Part shown: positions 38,601 through 50,899 of the stretch, piece by piece
How positions within the stretch are numbered: position 1 is the first letter of the stretch
How the letters are laid out: each line of letters begins with the position of its first letter
Assembly (NCBI GenBank): GCA_009103225.1
Contig: RHPI01003788.1
Span: 88,839 to 152,838, forward strand
Source: Chlorokybus atmophyticus
Taxonomy: Eukaryota > Plantae > Mesostigma and Chlorokybus algae
Direction: 5' to 3'
DNA length: 64,000 nt
Notes under the pieces: model-generated
The model's input: the letters and a program-made list of their open reading frames with translations, nothing else
Told to the model about the DNA's origin: nothing
Database searches by the model: none
Translations under genes and position numbers: made by a program

Positions 38601-39272
38601 TGTGACGGTGCTCGTGCCTTGTCACCTGTGAGTTGGTCCAATCCACAACCCTCTCACCAAGACACGGTATTCACACCGGAACCTTGCCCCCTCTGCCAAG
38701 CACACACGCGCGCCCCGCCACTCGCGTACGCACGCGCATGCGCTCGAAGCTACACACCGACTTGTGTAGCGCCTTGAATCACCACACAAGCAAGCACACA
38801 CCAGTGGCCACACGCTAGCAACCCCTGCTAACCACCACCAAGCTTGCACACCAGAAACTAGGGAGCTAAAGGTTCTATTGCACATTGTAGAATGTCACTT
38901 TTATACCTACCAGTCTGCACATGCTACTGTCTAGACGATTCTAGCGCTGAACGGAACTAGAAGCTAAAATATTCTTGCAGAATCTTGTAGTACACTTCTA
39001 GACCTTTCCAACGCACCAAAGATCTCCTAATATGCTGCTCATATGGTCAAGTTATACTACTTGGCGCCAGGCCCTTCCAGAAATCTGGTCGAGCCCTTCT
39101 CGACTGGCCCTCCGTTTTCTGGCACCTTCCGGACTGGTCTTGGAGCCCCGGTCGATATCCGCGGCAGACTCATAACTCGCCGATATCCGCCACAAGTCAT
39201 AAAAAACATGTACCTTACAAATAAGGCCTAAAATGGCCAAGAAAATCACAAAATTTGGCCTTGACTGTTACA
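38601..39272 (-). repeat. 5' LTR of the chromovirus (672 bp)
   Basis: Direct repeat of 33239-33912, flanked by the PBS inside and the TSD outside. Confidence 0.95.
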
Positions 39273-39462
39273 GGTGTGGTCGAGCAGACGGCTGGGACAG
39301 CATGCTGCTGTGCGACAGGTGTGTTGCCGGTTGGCATATGGAGTGCCTCCGCCTGCCATTGGATGAGATTCCTGATGGGGCATGGTACTGTCCGGCATGT
39401 ACGAGTAGCATGTGAATCAGCTGCAGGCGCACAAGGACGTTGGCGCTCAGCTGCAGGGGGTG

Positions 39463-39617
39463 GTGACACGCATCTTTCATGTGTATGTGTCTACCTCGTG
39501 AGATGAGTGGTGATTTGAGACAGCACAACACTGTCTCATGGTGTACAATAGCATGCTAACATGCATGGCAAGGAGGTTGTACGACGAGTTCAAGCAACGA
39601 GGAGTGAAGGCACGACA
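39463..39617 (+). repeat. 155-bp direct repeat, copy 1 (start of the PHD-gypsy terminal region)
   Basis: Matches 40293-40447 with about 8 mismatches; contains hairpin TGAGACAG-cacaaca-CTGTCTCA. Confidence 0.9.
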
Positions 39618-40292
39618 GCTGTCATGCGCGAGCATATAGTGTCATGTGCATGGTGCCCTCGGGGCTGGCAGCATACATGGGCCCTATAACTTTGGAGCCC
39701 TCAGCCATTATAGAGGCTCTTTATGTTAGGTTTTCACTTGGGACTCGAGTTTGGGTCGTCCTTTACGAGTGGAAGGCGTATTTGAGGCGTATCCATAGCC
39801 AGATACAGAGTTCTCGGCGTAATCGAGTTAGTAAGGTATCCCGCGCAGCTGTTTTGGAGTCATGACTTGTAACAGATGTACCTGACAGTTGGAGTGGTGG
39901 TTTGGCGTGGGGATGGACTCAAAAGATGCGTCTTAGAGTGTACTTGAAGAGGATAAGCTTTGGGGAGCCATTGCTATCCATTTACTACCATTTATCGGCC
40001 TCATAATGACTGTTATGTAGCTGGTGCAGCCTGTAAGTCATTAGAAGCTGAAGAATTGGTTAGGAGTTGGTTGGGCATAGACTCAACGGTGGTATATAAG
40101 CCTTAGCTAGCTTGTGTTACAGTTGGTTGAATGCAAGTTGGCTCACTGGAGTGCAAGCAAAGCCTTCAGGAAGAGGTTCTTGGCTGAGTGTATGCGTGTG
40201 TGCATGCTTGCGTGTGTGCGCGCGTGTGCCTTGCTTGGTTGCCTTGCATGAAGGAGTGTGTATCATTGTTGCGACCTTGATGCACCGTATGA

Positions 40293-40447
40293 GTGACGCG
40301 CATCTTTCATGTGTATGTAACTACCTCGTGAGATGAGTGGTGATTTGAGACAGCACAGCAGTGTCTCATGGTGTCCAATAGCATGCTGACATGCATGGCA
40401 AGGAGGTTGTACGACGAGATCAAGCAACGAGGAGTGAAGGCACGACA
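40293..40447 (+). repeat. 155-bp direct repeat, copy 2
   Basis: Ends ..GGCACGACA exactly where homology to the inverted-duplication arm begins. Confidence 0.9.
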
Positions 40448-41367
40448 CTCTCCACTGCTACGCAGCATTATTAGCATGCTGCTCGCCTGTCATTGAGTGG
40501 ATTTGAAACGTGCTTTTTGGCGTGCGGTTAGTGCAGTTAGTCGTACCCGATGACTCGTAAGGGTGGAGTGAGGCGAGGGAGGAGACGCTTCTTCAACATT
40601 TGCATCGACTCTGCCCTTGGCATGTGAATAGGTTTACATGCCGCTTAGCAAGCTGCATAGCGTGAGGTGGTGGCTACGACAAGGAAGGCACGGTGTTGAT
40701 AGTCGAATAGGACGTTAAGTGCGTACGGAAGTCGCAACGCATGTACTCTGCATGCAAGTGTACTGCATTGACCCTATCGATCGTGCTCACCACTCACACA
40801 CTCACACTCACCTTGACATGTCACATGTCAAGGTGAGTGTGAGTGTATGAGTGTTCAGTGAAGTGCGTGTGTTGCCATATGGATCGCACGCGGGCATGCA
40901 CACATTGTGAGTACTAGGTGGCTCTTGGAGGACATTGATGTCTTTGCTGCAACGCAAATTACTTGCTGTGTTTGGGCCCCTCAACCTGCCAGCCACTTTA
41001 TGAGGCTGTATGTTGAGCATGCACGCAAATAGACTGAAAAAAACATCTGTAGGCCTTGGTTTGATTACTACCGCATCAAGCAGTAGCATCATTGGTGACA
41101 CTCGTGCTGCTCATTCAAACTCATACCAAGAAACCTGTGCAACGTGAGTTGGCTACAAGCACGTGCTGAGTCAATCTGTCACTTTGTGTGTGACAACCCA
41201 CATTTCATGCACACATCATCATCGGAAGCTGCTGCTCATAACATTGACTTGAAGCATCCCATACTTCTACTTCAAATGGCGTTAAAATCGACCATTGAGT
41301 GCAGAGTCAATAATAAGGGTCACCTGAAAGTTTATTGTTGTGTGCAAGGGGGGACTTGTAGTGAACT

Positions 41368-41560
41368 CTATTCTCCGAACAAGGGAAGCACCCGGCAACC
41401 TGTCAAAGAGTTTGTCTTCCATGTCGCAGAGGGAAGGTGAAAGAGTATCAAGGCCTTTCAGAGTTGCATCCATTGGTCGCTTTGCTCCCCCACCCAAAAA
41501 AAGTAACTTTTGTCCCGATTGTCACACAATCTTTCTTTCCGGGTGTCCGTCAACCACGCA
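41368..41560 (-). pseudogene. Family-1 orphan last exon (copy F, twin of D)
   Basis: RKDCVTIG..PMDATLKGLDTL..LFDRLPGA, frameshifted. Confidence 0.7.
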
Positions 41561-42986
41561 TAAGACACGGGGGTTGTTAACGTATGCAACCGTGCATGCG
41601 AGTGCTCTCATGTGCGTGCATGTAAGTTGTCTGCATGTTCGTGTACATGAGTGCGCATGTGTACGAATACACGTAGATGTAGTCCTTCACAGACCAATGA
41701 TCATCAACTCATGATGTCACAAGAAGTCCGACAAGCTGAAGCAAAGCTGTGCTCAGGGACTTGATCCGACTAATTGTGTGACACACCCTATGCTATGATA
41801 TACGTAGCACATGCATGCTCCGTGATGCTTGGTTTGTGGGTTGTGCATGATGAATCAGCTTGTGCTGTTTGCACGTGGGTATATGGATAGTTGGTGCTTG
41901 ACCGGGAGCACCATGCATGTACACATAGGATAGTGTAAGTAGTCAGGTGTTGGTGCCCGCTCTGTTGGTCGTACAGGGCAGTGCCAAAGACGAAGACGAC
42001 TTGCAGCGGCAAGTGCATGGGGAGCAGTGCAGTCTGCCAGCGTCATCGATGGGGAACACAACACTTCAGCTTGATAGCTTCAACGACCGGGAGTGCCGTG
42101 CATACGTCGACATGCGTCGCAGTAGCTGATGAAGCCCAAAAGCGCAGCATGACTACGTACAACAGTGACGCAAGCGCTGCAATCGTGGGCGACGGAGGGT
42201 TGGGAGCTGCAGCCGGGGAGTGCGTGAGTCTTCCGCGTCCATGCAGGAAGGCGCTTTACAACGCGTGTGCACACATGCATGTAATCCATGCTACATGCAT
42301 GCATGCATGCATGATCAACAGGGTTGGGCAATAGAGGGTGAGAAGTAGTGAAGTAGCTTAACAATGCGTGCTCTCGGTGGTCACGTGGAAGGTGAGTTGT
42401 GTAGAACACTTAGGTGATTTGTGAATGAATGATGAGCTGCTGCGTGTCATCATCATCTCAGTGCATATATTATACACATGAGGTAGTGGCAGTGGAGTAG
42501 CAGTGTAGTTGTGTAGCCCAGTGGTCGACTTGAATGATAATGTGGTTGGTTGGCGTGTGATGCTATACTACTATTGATTGCCCATACATGTTTTATGTAT
42601 GGGCAATTGTGTCCAGCATTTTGTACACGTGCCAAGGTCAACTTGCTGTCACTGACTGTCGTGCGCATGAGCCTCATGTGCACGACAAATTATCACGACA
42701 TGATGTATGTGTAACATATGCGATGCAGCAAGATGAATAATGTGTTACAACAAGCAACGCCAAAGCCAACACAGGTGCTTGTCACAACAGCCACTTGAAG
42801 CTCTCACATTTACAAGTACTTCCAGTGGCAACTGAAGTGTTTAGTGTCAGCTTTGCGCCAGCAAGCTTGCTTGGAACCCAAGCCTTGACTGAGTATCAAT
42901 CGTTAAATCAAGACTGAATAAGAGGGTACAGCTGAGAAGACCAGATGGGGGCTTTTTGTGTGCAATGGGCGACTTGTAGTACAGCT

Positions 42987-44660
42987 CTATGCTCCGAGCA
43001 AGGGAGGCACGGCCGCGCCCGGTAATTTGTCAAGTGGTTTGACTGTCATACTGCGGTCGGAAGGGATAACAATATCGAGGCCTTGAAGGACTGCGTCCGT
43101 CCATCGCTTCATGTGATCATCCACAGAAAAGTACATTTTGTTGGTTCCGATTGTCACAAAGTCTTTGCGGGTATCCTTCTGCCATGCATAATATACACAA
43201 GTTGTCAACATATGCATCTGTGCATGTACACGCACATGCGCACATGCGTGTGTGTGCGCGCGTTTTTCTCAGTGCGTGTGTGCGCGTGTGTCTGCGTATC
43301 TCAAAGCTAAACATACGCATGCGTGTTCCGCTTTGTGCTAGCACAGAAGAAAAATGCTGGGTGGCAGATGATATTGAATGTTGTGTACCAGCCAGCTTAC
43401 CTTGTAAATGTAGTTGTGACTGGCATTGTTGTATGATGTGATTGCGAAGCCACACAAGTATGCTGCCACATGCGCTCGTTCGGGGGATCCCGTGAAAATG
43501 ATAGTTGGGGCATCGCAAAGTTCTCGCACTTGATACATCTCCGCTGTCACACCCAGCAGCCGTGCGATCCCGACCGCAATAGCGCATTCGTTGTTGAAAA
43601 TGAACTTGCGCATCTCTTCATCGAACGAGAACTTCAACAGCAGTGCCTGGTCGCGCCTCCTTGACCCGATTGTAAGCGTGCTGGTATACGGTTCCGCGTC
43701 CAGCATGTCTTTTATGCGCAGAGTGTAACGCACTACAACACTGGCTTGATCCTCGTCACCTGCGGGCACGCAGTCACAGACCCGCTGAATTAAAGCGATG
43801 TTGAAGTCGCGCTCAAACTCGCACGGGACCATCACGGCTGAGATGGAAACGCCAGTTGGAAGCTGCCACAAGCGCTCGCCAGCCCCTCCATGAGACGCAT
43901 CAGCCTGAGAGGACGAATGATTTATAGCAAAGCTGCCAATGTTGGTCAAACTAGCAGAAGCTAGTATGACTTGCGCCGAATGCATGGCAAGACCTGCCTG
44001 GTCTTGACTGAAGTTGCGTCCTTGCTTGCCGCAGCTTTGAACAAGTGCATGTCGATGTGTGCTGGCCTCGCTGCTGCTGTCACTCAAGTCGTCGTCTACA
44101 AACAGCAACAGTTGGTGGGTGCACACCCTTGCGCGTGCATGCATGCTTAAACATGTGCATCCATGCGCGCTTGTCCACACACACGCACGCACAGAGTATA
44201 CTGGATTGACAGCACAGGTAACAACACTCATAGTCTTCAGTCAGCACGTCGCATACAACCAGTCAAGCAAACAACACTCTAGCAAACTTTTATGACCAAT
44301 ACATTGCTGCGTACTCTGAGCGCAAAGCAGCTGCGTGTGCCGCAGCCGATGTTTCAATTGCAATTGGGTGCCGACAAAACAAGCCGTGAGCTTGTTGTCA
44401 ACTTGGATGCTGCAACACACGCACTTGCTGTCATACCTCCTGTTGTGTTAGCGCACAAGGTAACAACACACATTTGCTGCTGGCAGTCATACCACCTGGA
44501 ATACTTTCGTGGTTGCTGCCGACAGAAGCGACTTGCAACAGTGCAACCACTCCGTTGCAATGCGTCCCGGCTGTGGCGCATTGACATCCGCCTAAGGGTT
44601 GCAGCTTTGAGTTTTTCAGCCAAGACAGCTTTCACTGGCATGCGCAAGTGCATGCTCAGC
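42987..44660 (-). pseudogene. Family-1 copy G: 3' exons open (44095-43998, 43904-43401, 43178-42987), 5' exon frameshifted
   Basis: The spliced 3' chain is stop-free to ..PPLLGA* with a GC donor at 43997; the HASE-type 5' exon carries small insertions that break the frame. A shorter product remains possible. Confidence 0.65.
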
Positions 44661-45679
44661 AAGGTAGGCTACCGTTGAGTGTGTGCTTGTGTGGCTTACC
44701 TGAGTCCACATGCTGTCGATGCCTCAGCGAAAACAACATCCATGGATTGAGCTACAGCAGAGAGTCCTGCTGATGCAATGCATTGTCAACTAGGAGAGGC
44801 GAACGAATGAGGCCAAGCTTTACGCTGATAGCTACCACATGCGACATGTGGTAGCTATCAGCGTAAAGCTTGCACGGACAAATTGTGTATGCTTATGAGA
44901 TAGCTAGCTGCAGTGCAGCACAACTATCGATCGGCAAGCAAGCAAATTGCTTCTAAGCATTGTTTAACGCCACGTTTGGCAACAAGTTGTTTGAGCCGAG
45001 AGACCAAAAAACACTCAGGAGAGCTTGTCCTGGGCTAGCAATGTTGTAAGCGTGTTGTAGGCAAGCATCCCACAAAGGGTAGGCTTGCACATTCCATGCA
45101 TACACTGTCACCCAGCGACTGACCATAAAGCAGCATGGCTGGTCATGGAAGCATTTGCAATCTAGCCGGCATCAGTTGATGTTGATGAAGGTAACAATTG
45201 CAATTCAAGCACAGCGTGAAGATGGTATATTGGTGGTCATGCACACTGTGGCACACTTGCAGGCAGCAGACCTAGACTACGCAGTGGCAGTTGATCAGAG
45301 CACTTACGCCAAAGCAAGTTAGCGAGATGTGGACCTGAGTCAACACACGCACACAAAGCTGCATGCTGTCACACCATGCAGCTTGCATGCACAGTGACAT
45401 ACAGCCTAGCACTGCCCCGACATATATTGCTGCACCCAGCTGCTTCAGAAACCTGTCAACCAGCCACTAGCCCAACAATTGGCTAGTGGCTGCCATCCAG
45501 CTTGCTATGCATACCTCACTTCCTGCAGATCAGCAGACAAATTCGCTGTACTTGCTGAAGAGAGTGTTCTACAGCTTGGACTCTCTCCCTTCGTCGTCCT
45601 CCTCCTCCGCCGCCGCCGCCCGCCCCGCAGCTGCCAAGATGGAATGGCTGCTCTGCACAGCTGACCCTTTTCCCCGACA

Positions 45680-45850
45680 TTGCCAGCATCTAGATATCAG
45701 CTTTTTGTGTCCCCAGGCAATCGGCCATAAACTCTGTCAGTATCCGCGCAAACTCTCTCAGCGTTTGAGCTTATCAGCAAAACAGGCGCTGCTGCTGCTG
45801 CTGCTTGTTGCTGGTCGCTGGTGTCGCTGGTGGCGTCGGCGGGCAGGGTG
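45680..45850 (+). repeat. Central element copy between divergent copies G and H
   Basis: GATATC at about 45693, then caggcgctgctgctgctgctgcttgttgctggtcgctggtgtcgctggtggcgtcggcgggcagg. Confidence 0.75.
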
Positions 45851-46379
45851 TTTTCAGTAAGCCCTAGGGTGAACTTGCATTGTCTTGTGTTAAGGTTGGA
45901 ATGCACCTGCGAGGTGGCAGGCGCTGCTGAAAGCGTTTACCGGGGAGCTGCGGCTTGCCGTGCGAGGAAGGTGGCTAGCTGGCTACCAGCAGGCGCAGGG
46001 GAAGTAAGTTTGCTTTCAATTCAGCTGTGAGCTTGTAAAGCAGCACAAAATGTGCAGAAGCTTCTGGCTGACAAGCATGCTTGTATGAATTTGTATTGCT
46101 CTTCGTGTGGTAGATGTTGTCTTTGCAAACATGGCAATGCACAAATGGCACTGCTTGCTGCTTAGCAGCAGCTTAATGCTTACTGCAGCTTGGCTATAAC
46201 AAATTGAGCAAGCTCTGCGTGGCTCACCTGCTGTTCGCAAGCCGAGCTTGGTGGTGCAAGCTTGTGTCGTGCTGACAGCTTTCACTTCTTGCAAGTTTTG
46301 CCCTTAGCCTGTCGCATTTGTGTTACGGTAGTTGTGACAATGCTTCATATCAGCAGGACTTTGAGTGGCCGTGGCTCAA

Positions 46380-48170
46380 CGCATGGACTTTTTCCTTGTT
46401 GAGGCGGCAGCTTGTGGATTCAGGTAAGCTACACAAGCACACACAAGCACATTTTTGTGTGGCACACAATCAACGTCAGCACTTGCGCATGCCAGTGAAG
46501 TTGTCTCAGCTGAAGCAAAGCTGCGATGCACTGGCGGCTGTCAACACATCACAGCCGGGACGCATTGCAAATCAGCGGTTGCACTGCTACAAGCAGTCAC
46601 TTCCGCCAGCAACCACGAAAGCATGTCAGGTGGTGTGAGCGCCAGAAGCATGTGTGTTTGGCGTCAGCTGTTACAACCAGTTCATGACGTCGATCGTTTG
46701 TATTACAGTGTCCAAGTTTATGGGAAGCTGACGGCTTGTTTGCTTGGGACCCAACTCAAGACTCGGCAACAGCTGCGTCTGCTTTCCGCACAATCGCAGA
46801 GTACGCAGCAGTGTGAGCGCACCTCATATTCGCTTGATGAATGCTTAGGGCTAGTTTACAGCGTGCCAGTGGCAGTTACACAGTGGTTGTGATCACCGTG
46901 TGACACATGCTGTCTTTGCTCAATGTGCGTGTGCACGCGCACACGTGCTCATGCGTGCTTGCACGCATGCGCGTGCGCACGTGTGTACATGTATTTGTCT
47001 GTATGCCACAAGAATACAGATCAACGGTGGTTGTCTGTAGATGATGACTCCACCGACAGCACAGACCAGTACCAGCATGACAAAGCCGGCAGCGAGCACA
47101 AAAAAAGCCTCCGATGAAAATCAGGCAAGTAGCATGTGCTGCGTAAGCGAACAACGCACAGCTGATCAACAATAATAGCCATATCACTGTCTATCAAACC
47201 GCTTCCGTGCTCTCAGGAGGATGCGCGTAACGAGGGGGAAGGGGCTCCCAAGTGCTTCTGGCAGCTTCCAGCTGGCATTATGTACACCGCCTTGTTGGTC
47301 CCATGCAAGCTCGAGCCCGACTTCAACACCATGTTGGACGCAGAACCGCAACCCAACAACGTGCAACCGAGTGGATGAAGCGTGACCAGGCGCTGCTGTT
47401 CAGTTACTATGACAACGAGAGACGCAAATACCTTGGTAGCAGGGAACAGGCCATTGCAGTCGGGGTCACACGGCTCTTGGGTGCGAAAGCGATGATGTAT
47501 GAAGTGCGAGAGCTTGGCAATGCCCGGACAATTGTGTTCACGGGATCCCCCGAGCGAGCGCATGCAGCAGCGTACGTGAGTGGCTTTGCAACACAGCACT
47601 CAGCAACGCCGAACGCAATCACAACGAGGTAAGCTGACTGATACACAACAACCAACATTCAATGTTGGATGTTGGTGGCAGATAGATTAAGTGCCAACAG
47701 TTTCCCTTCCTGTTTTGCAATAAAAGTTGAGACCACATGCGTGCATGCATGCACAGGCACACACACACGCGCACTCGGATACACAGGCACCTTCCATGCT
47801 TGCAATGCACACACACGCATGCACGCACAGCCCTGCCGAATATTGACTGTGCCATGTGTCACTTATGCATACGTACTTTGTATACTACGAACGCACACAC
47901 GTGTGCACACAGATATATTCGTTGATCAACACCTTATGCATGGCAGACCGGTTGGCGCAAAGTCTTTGTGCCAGTTGGAACACCAGAGTTGTACTTCTCT
48001 GTCAAGTAGACAAGTGATGATTACTTGGAGCAATCGACGGATGCAATCCTTCAAGGTCTCAATAGCACTCTCAATATTGCTAGACCATCCGACTGGAGCA
48101 TGGAAGTCAAACCACTTGACAGTCTACCGGGCGCTGCCGTGCCTCCCTTACAACTAGTAGAGGCATAGAG
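46380..48170 (+). pseudogene. Family-1 copy H (close relative of B; internal deletion and frameshifts)
   Basis: Core jumps from EPDFNT straight to MLDAEP (about 30 codons missing near 47330) and shifts frame; the last exon is also disrupted. Confidence 0.85.
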
Positions 48171-49559
48171 CTGCACTACAAGTCGCCCTTGACAAACCAC
48201 AACCAATTTTGGACTGTCAAGCTGTAATTTTTTATCAACACTGCACTCATTGGTTGTGCTACTTTGATTCTGAGCAAGCACGAAGCGAAGCTGCCACTTG
48301 GACGGACCCCAAAGTAGTAACAGCTGTGAGAGTTTCAAGTGGTGGCTTGCATAAAGTCATGATATGTTCTCTGTCAAATATATAGGCTTGGCCCGGGCAC
48401 GCGCGTAAGACTAATCCCCTCAGCACAGCACTGCCGCAATTGACTGTTTCTTCAAAAGCAGCAATGGCAGTGCCACACTTCCATTGCGCATTGTTTGTAC
48501 ATTGCTGCTTGATTGCTCGGAAAGCCAAAACAGCAGTAGTATGGCTACAAATGTTTGTTTTTCGGTCTGTCTCTGCTGCGTGCATGCGTAACAAACAGCA
48601 CCCTCACAGTCCCGGGTCTGCTAAGCTGGGGTCCAAACACAACAAGTACTCTCTGTGTCGCAACGGCATCGGATCACTCTAAACAACCTCACAGCGGCCG
48701 GATGACCTCCACAGACTCAGCATCCAGAAAGCTTCATACACAATCCTCATGCCTAAGCTTGTTCGTAGCTCCACCACAGCAAGCACGCACAAGAATGCTG
48801 TAGCCACGCAGCAAGGCACGTACCGGTAACTGGATCGCATGCGAAGTTCATAAACCCTGTGTGCACAAACGTCTCCACTCTGACCAACTACCTGCACACC
48901 GCCACCGCCGACAGTGACAAGTTTGTTCAGTGCAGGGCCTGTTTTGTGCTTTAAGCACCAATTGCCACACAAGCTATCGGGAGGCGATCTATTATCACAG
49001 CCAGCACGGGCCTCTCTGCCCTTTTGCTCGAGGAAAAGGCTCCTCCCATTTGCGCGGCGGCGGCGGAGGAGGAGGAGGAAGACGAGGAGGAGGACGAGGA
49101 GGGGTGGGTGGAGGAAAAGGAGGAGATGACATGCCAAAGGTGAAGGGGCGCCTCGCTAAGAGATGAGGGGCTTCAACTTGCTTGTTATGTGCTGATCAGC
49201 TGGTCGTTGAAAGGGCTCAGTGGATCAGTTTGAGCCAGACTTGGACTGGGTAGCCGCATTTTGACTCATGGCATGCCCGCACTTGGGTAACTTTGCCCTG
49301 CTTGTGCTCAGCAGGGCAATGCAAGCGGGAGGATCAACCCTCCCGAAGTTGTGTTTCAAGAGTTTGTTCGTATTGTAACAGCATTTGTTTGGTGCACACG
49401 CCTGCACCGAGCAACATTTTCAACTCCAAACTGGCAATTGTATTGCTATAAGAAGCAATGCAAGTCACGGCGTTGACAATACCTCTTTAAGTTGCAGCAA
49501 GCCTGCACGGTCTTGGGTATTCCACAATGAGGAGGTCCATCGACTTCAAAACGCTGAAC

Positions 49560-50580
49560 CATCCTCTTGTTGTTGCTGCTATTGGTGCAGCATACTGGCG
49601 TGGCTGTAAGTGGGCGGCTGCTTGTTGCTCGCAAGGAGGCAACCACAAAGAAGATGATGGCGGTAAGGGTTGGAGAAATACACTGTACCTGTGCGCGTTC
49701 GCATGTGCGTGTATGTCTATACATGTGCATGCTTGCGTGTATGCACATATGTGGTTGTATATGTGCATGTGCGCGTGTGCGCGTGTAAGTGCATGCGTGC
49801 GTTTGTGTGTGAGACAGCTTATGCATTCAATATCGCTGTATTGCTGAGTGTGCACAGAGGTGCTAGTCTGGAACAGACGTGCAGACGATCAAAGGACTAC
49901 CAACAAACTGTCATTGTTGCAGTCTGGTTTGGAGTCGTTGCTGTCCAGTTTAAACATGCTTGTCAAGTTGCAATTTCAGAGTGCAGATTGCTTGAAAGGC
50001 CCGGGTCATTTATGTTTAAGCTAGTGATTGTGATTAGCGTAGAAGAGGGAGCGCCAGATCACATCTTGTATCACGCCCTTCAAGTGCTGTGCAAGTGCGT
50101 CCGCGCATGTCTGTGTTTGTGTATGCGACCTCCCCGCGCACACGCGCACACGTGCGTGTGTGCATTTGCATTTGCGTGTGCGTGTGCGTGTGTGAAATTG
50201 ATGTGTGCGCAGGAGCGCCTGACACCCGAGCAAGAGGACGCCATTTGTAATGTGGACGCCATCATTATCGGCTTGCAACACAGTTGCCCTATTTGCAGTA
50301 TTGCAGACGCAACCCAAGCATGCCATCAGTCATTGACAGACACTCCATACTGGTTGATATTGCCGTTCAGATCGATGCAACGCGTTGTGTCGTGCGCACC
50401 CAAGTGCAAAGATGTTTTGCTCCAAATGGACAAAGACGTGACATTCTTGGCGTTCGCGTTGGTAAAGGAAGAGGGCCAACATGAACGAGGGGCCAGAAAG
50501 AGACGAGATAGCAGAAGCAGCACTCGCGCTCGCCCGCGAGTTGGACGTTGTGGTGAACATTAAAGGGAGCACAAGGTAAG
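49560..50580 (+). pseudogene. Family-2 copy R (divergent, multiply frameshifted)
   Basis: AACCSQGGNHKEDDG| exon; last exon ERLTPEQEDAICNVDAII..LVDIAVQID / APKCKDVLLQM..LAFALV / EAALALARELDVVV spread over three frames. Confidence 0.65.
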
Positions 50581-50899
50581 AAACCTAAGTGGTGTTGAAG
50601 TGTTGGTGTGCATAGCAAGCACACCGCAATTGTCACCATTCTCTGTGTGAGTGCATGTGTGCTTGAGTGTGTGGGCGTGAGCGCGTACGTGTATGGGATG
50701 GGGGCTTGGATGGGTGTGGCTTGCATTGTCCGTGCACAGCGTACGTGTGCACTGTCGCTACACACCTCGTCCGCAATGTGCAAGTCACAATGAACGAGTA
50801 CTGCTGAAAAGACCTAACGAGAGTATGTTGTGGTGTGCAGAGGGAGACATGTATCACAAGTTTCCCTTATAGCACAACTAGCCTAGCTGAGTACTTCAG

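Larger units (their letters stand above)
33239..39272 (-). mobile_element. Full-length chromodomain-bearing Ty3/gypsy LTR retrotransposon (chromovirus), now carrying stops and frameshifts
   Basis: LTRs at 33239-33912 and 38601-39272 (TGTGAC...GTTACA), TSD GGTGT on both sides (33234-33238, 39273-39277), PBS and PPT present. Internal order gag, protease, RT (YLDDIL), RNase H, integrase, chromodomain. Confidence 0.97.
32013..40447 (+). mobile_element. 5'-truncated Ty3/gypsy remnant: integrase with C-terminal PHD finger (32013-33238 + 39278-39415) and 3' terminal region (about 39461-40447), split by a nested chromovirus
   Basis: HHCC zinc finger (HEKMGH..CVEC) and D,D(35)E core (WSLDL..TDQG..HPQADGLAER) with one stop and one frameshift. 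Removing the nested element restores HRCERCGRADGWDSMLLCDRCVAGWHMECL..WYCPAC (C4HC3). Purine run AGGGGG at 39455-39460 precedes the terminal region. Confidence 0.9.
40448..46230. repeat. Right arm of the ~6 kb inverted segmental duplication (partner about 15575-21772)
   Basis: Reverse complement of the left arm, roughly 95% identical by eye. Confidence 0.9.
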
